From assembly GCA_964491475.1 (NCBI GenBank), contig CAZBFO010000005.1, forward strand, positions 841 through 64,840: 64,000 nucleotides of DNA, given 5' to 3'. The notes under the pieces were generated by a model. It was not told the DNA's origin. It saw nothing but the letters and a program-made list of their open reading frames with translations, and did not search any database. The position numbers and the translations under genes are program-made. Below, in pieces: positions 58,901-64,000 of this stretch (positions within the stretch are counted from its first letter, which is position 1; every line of letters starts with the position of its first letter). This DNA is from an uncultured Gammaproteobacteria bacterium (lineage in GTDB: Bacteria > Patescibacteriota > Patescibacteriia > SG8-24).

Positions 58901-60856
58901 TCCGGCACGGCGGCATCGCAAAACACCACGAACGGAGTGGAACGGCTCACTCCGGTTTCTGGCAACGCAAACGGAAGAACCGCGGCTATCCTCGAATACC
59001 TCGGTACCGCCACTACGGGAACCGCAAACAACATCTATGCGGCCGCGAACCTCCCCGTCGTTACCGTAAAGGCGAAGGTGGACGTGGCTGGCGCGAACAA
59101 CCGCGTGTTCATCGGCATCAGCGACGCGGCAGCGGCGGTCACGACCATGCCCACCAACGGCATCTTCTTCTCCAACTGCACCGCTTCTGCCACCTGCGAC
59201 GCGAACTGGCACGGTGTCGTCAACAATGCGGGCGCGGTCACCACCGTATCTTGCGGCGCAGTCGACACGTCGCACTTCGCCTACGGTCGAATCGAGGTGC
59301 GCTCCACGACCGACGTCCACTTCTTCATGGACACCAACGTTTCAGACGGCATCGTCGAAACGGAATGCGGAACCGGCCTCGTCGCGACTCCCAGCGCGGT
59401 CATGACGACATTGATTCAGGCTGCTTCGTTGAGTACGGCTGCCGCGACTAACACCACGAACCTCGACGTCGATTACGTTCGGACTTGGCAGGACGACGCT
59501 TCTTCGGAAGGCGCGGTCGCTTCGATAACTCCTGCCGCCCCCGCACCCCTGACCGACGACGACCTCCTGGGGGCGCTGGTCTCCCAGGCAAGCCTCCGCC
59601 CCGTCGATCAGACACCGGCAGACACTGCCGTCGATCGCTTGGTGGCAGGATTATCGGTGATTTCGCCAAAAGGCACTTTTGAAGGACTGTTCGCCAAGAC
59701 CGTGGAAGCGGACATCCTCGCGCTGAAAGACGTGGCCACCGCGGTGTCACGGTCCATCTCTTACGACGGTTCGGTCGGTCTGACCGGCGACATGATGCGC
59801 ACCGACGCATCTGGCTGGGCCGCGTCCACGCACGGCTTCGCGGACATGTTCGCCTCGAACGATTCGCTCTCGGAAGGCGACATCGTGATGGTCGACGCCG
59901 CCAATGCGACCAAGGTAGTTCGCGCCGTCAAGGACGACGCCCATCCGGACTTCCTGCTTGCCGGCATCGTGGCGTCTCGCCCGGGATACATCGCCGGAAT
60001 GAACGAGGCTGACAGCTATCCGGTCGCAGTCCAAGGCCGCGCCACCGTGAAGGTGAAGGGGCCGATCGCCATCGGCGATCCGATTACGGTCTCCGACACG
60101 CCCGGCGTCGGCTCCGTCGCGACCGACCCCACTTACATCATCGGCATCGCGCTACAGGCCAAAATCGGCGACGACAGCGGCCTTGTGACCGTATTCGTCC
60201 GCCCCGGCTGGTTCAACGGCAGCACCGTGCAGCCGCAGAACACTGCGGTATCCGGCATCAATCCAGGCGCACTCGTCATGGATGACAGTATCGCGGATTT
60301 CGCCTCTCGCGCGCTGACCGGAGTCGGCGCCATCCAAGGCATCGACAGCCTTTGGAACATCGACGGCAACGGCAAACTGACCATCAAGGAAATCAGCGCA
60401 GAGAACGTTTCTGTCACGCAGACCGACACTTCGTCTACCATGGAAACGGGCGTGATGCTTTCAGGCGAAGTCGTGACCCAGGTGCACAACGCTTCCGTGA
60501 AGCCGACGTCTCGCGTCTTCGTCACCTTCCGCAAGGATCCCGGCAGCAGCTGGTGGGTCGAGGACATCGGAGAAGGGTTCTTCACGCTCAAGGTGCGTCA
60601 GCCCGTGGTGGAGGACGTGCCCTTCGATTATTGGGTGGTCGGCGTGAATGACTTGCGAACCAGCCCGAAGGCGCCGGTATCAGCGCCTGGTGCTCCTGCG
60701 GAGCCGACCGTGCCGGTGCAAGCAGTCGAATCGCCGACAGTTACGCTGCCGAACGCGCCTCAAACCGATAGTGCGCCTGCGCCCGATGCCGTCTCCGATG
60801 GTACTGATACAGGTTCCTCGACCGGCGAAACCGCTGCCTCAACGACGAACCCGTAG
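52985..60856 (+). CDS. Giant (2623 aa) secreted/surface beta-helix fibre-repeat protein. It has an N-terminal signal/TM, repeated G(M/A)MYYNxxxxxFRCYxNGxWxDC and IGIGTTSPxSKLDVKG motifs, and long near-identical internal repeats. A conserved C-terminal domain (GDIVMVDA...PGYIAGM...PVAVQGRATVKVKGPIAIGDPITVSD.PGVG..ATDPTYIIGIALQA...GLVTVFVRPGW) recalls tail-fibre/appendage-like surface proteins
   Basis: Single uninterrupted ORF with a GTG start at 52985. The repeat structure is visible at both protein and DNA level. The minus-strand shadow ORFs 53491..53802 and 55687..56514 mirror shadows of the 1..5995 paralogue. Confidence 0.8.
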   Translation: MSKISKVTLLQKATGTRNGRQGLFGFAWSSLLLASLISGLFAKSVAASGPSANRILNYQISLTDTANFPVADGDKSIYLTIYDASTGGTQLFTACSVGASPTATPEAITATFVGGKTTILIGDTATLVCAAGSPVPIPDDLFNNTSLWLGVTAESDAEMTPRKHLVSTGYSMNADRLDDLDTSNAGGSNAFVPVTDASGNFTLTKDVDFASGTFVVDSTGSNVGIGTASPSALLSVGTGSAFQVDGAGNVSLNGGGTLMLGSQTSDPTGANGMTYYNSTSDVFRCFRNSAWGDCDSSRLDQLSGATSAHGLDSGDFAQTWTWSLTSANNAGLTLGESSPSTASGAPSVLTVSTQSGSTASPVYIKNLGDGPSFRVDDEGADATPFYISADGNVAVGAESFDIVNPEKFKVEGGTNGTINIISGYGDRDGYLQLNIHNRNAGENASSDLVATADDGNENVNYIDVGIDSSGYNNADYTIVGPHDGYMYTNGGNLAIGTQTAGMSIKFHTGDTLVGNERMRIDGDGNVGIGTTSPGSKLDVKGEFRLSGATSGYVGFAAASAAGSTTYTLPSADGSAGYALITNGLGTLSWADAATKWNRTGTTLSPVNVGDDITTSGNIYTTGGGTITSDGLFSGALGLAVVGGTVNVNASSNFDTNINTGSSTGSVNIGNVSSGAVTITSGAGITLAAGAASNISSTAGDIVFQPAGTSTSAAVQIGVGGAGSTTPDVLALDVKSDAGDPAGMNGAMYYNDSAAKFRCYVNGSWSDCDTTGGTTTLQTAYNGGAAITTSGSTDIAFTLTSGNFTAGGAGAVSLTPTSASSFTSGGALTLTGGAASTWGTSSGNLTLQAAGAGTTAAVQIGAGGSGSTTPDLFGVDVKSTSGDPSGFNGAMYYNANANDFRCYVNGGWQSCGATAASATTLQQAYNSAAAITTSGSTDIAFTLTSGNFTASGAGAVSLTPTSASSFTSGGALTFTGGASSTWSTSSGALTVDSAAALNLGTSNATSVSLGRTGVTTTNNGALTSTQTLTASNGLTLTTGALNLTATSGTLAISGLGASSVSTGSNSLSLVGSPVNVNASGSGTVNLGSATAAVNLPGLTASKVVFTDSSKNLTSSGTVGIAQGGTGQTTQTAGFNALSPLTTKGDIVAFDGTDNVRMPVGGTNGFVLTVDSTQANGIKWSALPSTSLQSAYNGGATITTSGATNIAFTLTSGNFTASGAGAVNLTPTSASSFTSGGALTLTGGASSTWSTSSGALTVDSAAALNLGTSNATSVSLGRTGVTTTNNGGLTVTQATTLNGGLAVNTSGSVTTDQASFDLINATATTLNFGGAATGLTIGATTGTATIRNATVTLSNATTLNMNGASPSIVTSSSGTASVFNTNAAVLNMGGAATSVSIGASTGTMTLANGTINLSNGVLQTGGTQRLSNAGALSNITGISSSGTITFSGLTASRFVTTNGSSDLATSQNSAALSATLTDETGSGVAVFGTSPAITTSLTTGSASFDLLNTTATTVNFAGAATTLNVGIAGASGTLALMGGSGSTGCTVDGSTGNLTCSGNVATTATSGTQGWWSRSGTTIQSVTSGDSLTVSGSGAFTTGTGTTTVNGTSVVLAGNSTVIDMTGTGTLSLNTTTNRAISTGSGLFTAGGALTATGLVTANGGVTLAANQNFTMTSGAGTSTQTFTGSSTTADTIAAGSLTSGTALALTGGSAMTTGSLLTATSATYVHTAAETGKVMSISLTDASTNSTGVASVTTGLDLATAFNTSASVGSKTINAMNIPALSTTTCGTTGGTCVWNGVQMATPTLSQTTTNAYTFNGLNLSSAGALTQSSTAGTINWNGAAIVMPNITQTTGTITSNGLTVTMGTSTTGGTQNGLLIKDSSSIATAAHDSAILVQDSSGNSLFDVREMTSANNNFGATATTGAFIDRNSTYREEFNSFHGTNTTATTAQIRGDGGGAGSGELSLSVVTVGAGGSGTAASQNTTNGVERLTPVSGNANGRTAAILEYLGTATTGTANNIYAAANLPVVTVKAKVDVAGANNRVFIGISDAAAAVTTMPTNGIFFSNCTASATCDANWHGVVNNAGAVTTVSCGAVDTSHFAYGRIEVRSTTDVHFFMDTNVSDGIVETECGTGLVATPSAVMTTLIQAASLSTAAATNTTNLDVDYVRTWQDDASSEGAVASITPAAPAPLTDDDLLGALVSQASLRPVDQTPADTAVDRLVAGLSVISPKGTFEGLFAKTVEADILALKDVATAVSRSISYDGSVGLTGDMMRTDASGWAASTHGFADMFASNDSLSEGDIVMVDAANATKVVRAVKDDAHPDFLLAGIVASRPGYIAGMNEADSYPVAVQGRATVKVKGPIAIGDPITVSDTPGVGSVATDPTYIIGIALQAKIGDDSGLVTVFVRPGWFNGSTVQPQNTAVSGINPGALVMDDSIADFASRALTGVGAIQGIDSLWNIDGNGKLTIKEISAENVSVTQTDTSSTMETGVMLSGEVVTQVHNASVKPTSRVFVTFRKDPGSSWWVEDIGEGFFTLKVRQPVVEDVPFDYWVVGVNDLRTSPKAPVSAPGAPAEPTVPVQAVESPTVTLPNAPQTDSAPAPDAVSDGTDTGSSTGETAASTTNP
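55796..56042 (+). repeat. Intragenic direct repeat copy 2 (247 bp)
   Basis: About 98% identical (5 mismatches) to 56594..56840. Its first about 90 bp are also shared with 55365..55455. Confidence 0.8.
56594..56840 (+). repeat. Intragenic direct repeat copy 3 (247 bp)
   Basis: Near-identical to 55796..56042 (differences cgtcagtctc/agtcaatctc and gcgctcacgttcacc/gccctcacgctgacc). Confidence 0.8.
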
Positions 60857-60952
60857 CTCGTCAGCGAAACCGCGCGGCATGCACGCTGCGCGTTTTCGTT
60901 TTCCCCAGCCCGCGCTTTCGCCGGTGCGTCGCCTAACGTATACTTGCCGCGT

Positions 60953-61900
60953 ATGGCGAAATCCACCGAATTGGTAACCGATTACCTTAATTACCTCGAA
61001 ATCGAACGCAACCGTTCCATTCGAACGGTAAGGAATTACGATTTCTACCTTCGTAGGTTTTTCACGTGGGCAAAGGGCATTCGGCCAGAGGCAATCACTC
61101 TCGACACCATACGCGCTTACCGCCTTTGGCTGAATCGTTATCGAGACGACAACGGCCGCGAAATGAAGAAAAACACCCAGAACTACCATCTCATCGCCCT
61201 GCGTTCGTTCCTCAAATACTTGGCCAAGAGGGATATCAAGACGCTGGCATCCGAAAAAATAGAGCTGGCCAAGATGCCCGAACGTTCGGTGGAATTTTTG
61301 GCCGCAGGGGAGTTGGAACGCCTGCTCGATGCTCCACTTAACGGTGGAAAAGTTGTTGATAAGACTGTGGGCATCTTGTCGCTCCGCGACAAGGCGATTC
61401 TGGAAATGCTTTTTTCCACCGGTTTGCGCGTGTCGGAGCTGGCCGGACTCAATCGAAAGATACTGAACTTGAAGCAGGAAGAGTTCACCGTGCGCGGTAA
61501 AGGCGACAAGCCGCGCGTTGTTTTCCTGTCCAATCAGGCTAGGTATTGGCTCAAACAGTATTTGGACAGGAGAAAAGACATCGATCCGGCCATCTTTGTG
61601 AGTCATGATCGTGCCGCAAATGGCCGCGAAACTGCAGGAGGACTTACTCCAAGAAGCATCCAGAGGATCGTTGAGCATTATGCCAGGGCCGCAGGCATCA
61701 CCAAGCGCATCACGCCGCACACGGTCCGCCACACCTTTGCCACCGATTTGCTGCGCAACGGAGCCGATATCCGCAGCGTGCAGACGCTTCTGGGCCATGC
61801 CTCCATAACCACCACCCAGATTTACACCCATATCACCGACGAACGCCTGCGAGAGGTGTACAATACCTTCCACGGTAAGCGCCGGAAAAAGGAGAATTAA
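60953..61900 (+). CDS. Tyrosine site-specific recombinase, XerC/XerD family
   Basis: N-terminal core-binding (SAM-like) domain, catalytic R...HTVRHTFAT...LGHASITTTQIYTH (R-H-R-Y tetrad). Confidence 0.8.
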   Translation: MAKSTELVTDYLNYLEIERNRSIRTVRNYDFYLRRFFTWAKGIRPEAITLDTIRAYRLWLNRYRDDNGREMKKNTQNYHLIALRSFLKYLAKRDIKTLASEKIELAKMPERSVEFLAAGELERLLDAPLNGGKVVDKTVGILSLRDKAILEMLFSTGLRVSELAGLNRKILNLKQEEFTVRGKGDKPRVVFLSNQARYWLKQYLDRRKDIDPAIFVSHDRAANGRETAGGLTPRSIQRIVEHYARAAGITKRITPHTVRHTFATDLLRNGADIRSVQTLLGHASITTTQIYTHITDERLREVYNTFHGKRRKKEN

Positions 61901-61981
61901 GCCCGTCGTTATTGACGGGTAAGCAAAAACTTGGTATCTTCCGCGAGTGCCAAGTACGACGCAACAGCGACCGCGCGCCAT

Positions 61982-62058
61982 GTGCCCGTAGCTCAGCTGG
62001 ATAGAGCAGCTGCCTTCTAAGCAGCAGGTCGGACGTTCGATTCGTCCCGGGCACACCA
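61982..62058 (+). tRNA. tRNA-Arg (anticodon TCT), CCA encoded
   Basis: Acceptor GTGCCCG/CGGGCAC, D arm GCTC-AGCTGGATA-GAGC, anticodon arm GCTGC-CTTCTAA-GCAGC, T arm GGACG-TTCGATT-CGTCC, ACCA. Confidence 0.85.
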
Positions 62059-62073
62059 CAAAAAAGACCACAT

Positions 62074-62149
62074 GGTGGCTATGGTGTAATGGTTAACACA
62101 GCGGGTTGTGGTCCCGCTGATGAGGGTTCGATTCCCTCTAGCCACCCCA
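62074..62149 (+). tRNA. tRNA-His (anticodon GTG) with G-1, CCA encoded
   Basis: Extra 5' G paired to discriminator C73, acceptor GTGGCTA/TAGCCAC, D arm GTGT-AATGGTTA-ACAC, anticodon arm GCGGG-TTGTGGT-CCCGC, T arm GAGGG-TTCGATT-CCCTC. Confidence 0.85.
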
Positions 62150-62260
62150 CGAGAGACGGACTTCCCCAAAGAGGTCCGTTTTTCGTTCCGCGGAATGTCG
62201 GCAAATGTGCTATGGTGGCAAAGATATCGTTTTCGAAATCATTTTGGTGACGTCATACCT

Positions 62261-63031
62261 ATGTACGCGGCAAAATCGGCCATCTACCGTCTCCCGCTCG
62301 CTCTTCAGCTTCTCATATTCGCCGTTGTTTCCGTGCTCTTGGCGGTGGGCGTTCCCTACAGCAAGGGCATCTATGAACTGAACAATACGGCTCTCCAGAG
62401 CTTGGCCGTGCTGTACGCCATCACCATCGCGTTCCTGATGTCTATTTCCATCGGGCGCCGCCGCTCGTTGCAGTCGATGATCCTGCTGGAGCTCAACAAG
62501 GTGCGGCGAGTCGATCATTTGGCAAAAAATATCGTTTTACAGCAGGCGGAGCTGCAGCCTTGGTATGTAGAATTGCACGCGTGCTTGGAGCAGTACTTGG
62601 AATTTTTTCGTAAACACGACATTGACGATTACGAGAAGGGGAATGCGCTGTTCCGTAAGGCGACCTACCTGATTTACTCGCTTCCGCAGCGAAAAGCCTC
62701 GTTTCAAGACGCGTTGTACGGCGAACTGTTGAGCACTACGGGAAGCGCCACGGAAGCCAGGGAATATGTGGGCAACTTGATTGCGCCCAACGTCGGCGGC
62801 TTTCAACTCGGAGTGGTACTGGTAATCAGTTTGGCCTTGAGCGTGATGACGGCCGCGACAAGCCCCTTCGATTTGATGGCACGCGTCGGCGTGGCTGCGG
62901 CCAGCTTCTGTACGTTCTTGGCATTGGGCATGTTCTACAACTACGAATTTATAGGAGGAAAAACGAAGCGTGCCATGGCCGATCTGTACGTGGAAAATCA
63001 GCAGCACCTCATCGGAACAAAGGTTGAATAG
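62261..63031 (+). CDS. Hypothetical multi-pass membrane protein
   Basis: ORF 62108..63031 begins inside tRNA-His, so a later start (MYAAKSAIYRLPLALQLLIFAVVSVLLAV, 62261) is assumed. It has several hydrophobic segments. Confidence 0.4.
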   Translation: MYAAKSAIYRLPLALQLLIFAVVSVLLAVGVPYSKGIYELNNTALQSLAVLYAITIAFLMSISIGRRRSLQSMILLELNKVRRVDHLAKNIVLQQAELQPWYVELHACLEQYLEFFRKHDIDDYEKGNALFRKATYLIYSLPQRKASFQDALYGELLSTTGSATEAREYVGNLIAPNVGGFQLGVVLVISLALSVMTAATSPFDLMARVGVAAASFCTFLALGMFYNYEFIGGKTKRAMADLYVENQQHLIGTKVE

Positions 63032-63036
63032 CACGA

Positions 63037-63063
63037 AAACCCCTCACAAAAGAGGGGTTTTCG
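63037..63063 (+). terminator. Rho-independent terminator
   Basis: gaaaacccctcacaaaagaggggttttcg. Confidence 0.7.
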
Positions 63064-63143
63064 TTTGCCCGGTGGGGTACGGGGCATTGTCAGCTTTGCG
63101 GACATGTGTTCTACTTTCGGTCCGTGCAAACAGGAGGACGCGC

Positions 63144-63626
63144 ATGGAAAACCAGGAAACGCTCGCAGTCGACATCGGCGGACCCATTCTGAATGCCAAG
63201 GGCGGTTCCAGCCCGCAGGTCTATGCGGCAGCGCCGCCGACGAAGGGCGCCTTCAGGGCGCTGCGCAAGTTGAGCCTGCAGCGGTTTTACCGCCGCATCT
63301 ACCTGATCTCGCAGTGCAACGAGGAAATCCAGGCCATCAAGCTTTCCTGGATGCTCCGTCACGACTTCTACTCCAGGTCAGGCATCATTCCTGGTCATGT
63401 GCGCTTCGTGCGCAAGCCGGAAGAGAAGGCCGTCGTCTGCAAGGAGGTCGGTGCCACCCACTACGTCGACGACCGGCCGTCGATCGTCGCGCATGCCATC
63501 GGCATCGTGCCCAACCTGTTCCTTTTTCGGCCCGATCCGGCCGAGCTCGGCAAACATCCGGAACTGATGCTCGCCGCCCGCGAGGTCGAAGACTGGAAAC
63601 ACCTGCTCCCGCTGCTCCTTCCCTGA
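63144..63626 (+). CDS. Hypothetical protein (about 160 aa)
   Basis: Only the segment from MENQETLAVDIGGPILNAKGG.. of ORF 62970..63626 looks protein-like. The overlapping frame 63065..63724 is Arg-rich shadow. Confidence 0.4.
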   Translation: MENQETLAVDIGGPILNAKGGSSPQVYAAAPPTKGAFRALRKLSLQRFYRRIYLISQCNEEIQAIKLSWMLRHDFYSRSGIIPGHVRFVRKPEEKAVVCKEVGATHYVDDRPSIVAHAIGIVPNLFLFRPDPAELGKHPELMLAAREVEDWKHLLPLLLP

Positions 63627-63705
63627 ACGTCACGTTTTGCGCCAGCAACCTGGCGCTTTTTCATACGAAAAACCCCGAGCCGAAGCCCGGGGTTTGCCGT
63701 TCACG

Positions 63706-63996
63706 TTACTTGCTGGTCGAATAGCTGCCGACGATCTTGGCTAATCCGGCGCGGTAATCGGTCCAGGAAAAATCCTTGAACGCGTCCTTCTTTTTGGTGA
63801 AAGTCAGCACCACGTACTGGCCGGACTTTTCGGTCACGTAGTAGTCGGTGGCCGAAGCGCCATCCTTGGCGTCGACGGCGGTGTGGCAGAACGTGGCCCC
63901 GCCGGCCGTGAGGCTGTCGGTCTTGCCGTCAGCGGCGACGAAACAACTGTCCTTGAAGCGTGCGTCACCCTTGCTGGCGACGGAGGTGTCCCACAT
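63706..63996 (-). CDS. Hypothetical protein, possibly 5'-truncated by window end
   Basis: 96-aa ORF ending ..YRAGLAKIVGSYSTSK; the start is at or beyond the window edge. Confidence 0.3.
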   Translation of the reverse strand: MWDTSVASKGDARFKDSCFVAADGKTDSLTAGGATFCHTAVDAKDGASATDYYVTEKSGQYVVLTFTKKKDAFKDFSWTDYRAGLAKIVGSYSTSK

Positions 63997-64000
63997 CGGC

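Noticed and set aside
52985-60856. CRISPR-like regular repeats
   Set aside because: The periodic repeats are coding protein repeats of variable spacing; no short repeat/spacer array or cas genes seen anywhere in the window.
60856-62149. Calling a prophage or integrative element outright
   Set aside because: Only a recombinase plus tRNAs are present, with no phage structural, replication or excision genes and no att repeats identified. Kept as a finding, not as a mobile_element feature.
63065-63724. ORF 63065..63724(+)
   Set aside because: Arg/Gly-rich alternative frame overlapping the more protein-like frame 63144..63626.

Overview
This 64-kb window comes from a high-GC (roughly 60-65% by eye) bacterial chromosome and is centred on the replication-origin gene set dnaN-dnaA-rpmH-rnpA-yidD (28.7-32.6 kb).

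Housekeeping genes on both strands are recognisable from the translations. They include polA, a bifunctional PBP1A, a ROK glucokinase, nfo, tig, a membrane H+-pyrophosphatase, lexA-dinB, comM/yifB, lspA, a dksA-like zinc-finger protein, pnp, rpsO, rpsT, holA, a minimal RseP-like M50 protease and rmuC. There are also an HD-domain small alarmone hydrolase, an M23/LysM peptidase, an NYN-domain protein, a XerC/D-like recombinase and four tRNAs.

Two accessory surface-protein loci interrupt this housekeeping background.

(i) 1-15.9 kb contains five genes.
- A 3'-truncated giant beta-helix/fibre-repeat protein lies on the minus strand (start at 5995). It is absent from the ORF track because it runs off the window without a stop codon.
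- A 1892-aa protein carries fibronectin type III domains and carboxypeptidase regulatory-like (CarboxypepD_reg) domains interleaved with transmembrane helices.
- A DUF916-like protein is anchored by a C-terminal TM helix.
- Two paralogous secreted Thr/Ala-rich proteins end in a conserved WxL-like motif.
Together these resemble a Csc/WxL-type cell-surface complex cluster.

(ii) 52.9-60.9 kb carries a 2623-aa paralogue of the first giant protein. It is in inverted orientation on the opposite side of oriC, and is followed by a tyrosine recombinase and tRNA-Arg plus tRNA-His.

Other notable observations:
- A Doc/HTH toxin-antitoxin pair has two tandem 17-bp palindromic operators.
- A family of GC-rich palindromic intergenic repeats flanks polA and sits upstream of tig and pnp.
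- At least six clusters of DnaA-box 9-mers (TTATCCACA) lie in AT-rich intergenic islands away from dnaA. One is a 1.3-kb ORF-less island holding two tRNAs and two GTTTCACGTGAAAC palindromes.
- A candidate LexA operator TGTAC-N4-GTACA sits 16 bp upstream of lexA.
- 247-bp direct repeats at about 98% identity occur inside the giant gene.

Many long ORFs in the track are antisense shadows typical of high-GC DNA and are not reported as genes. I saw no rRNA and no CRISPR array.
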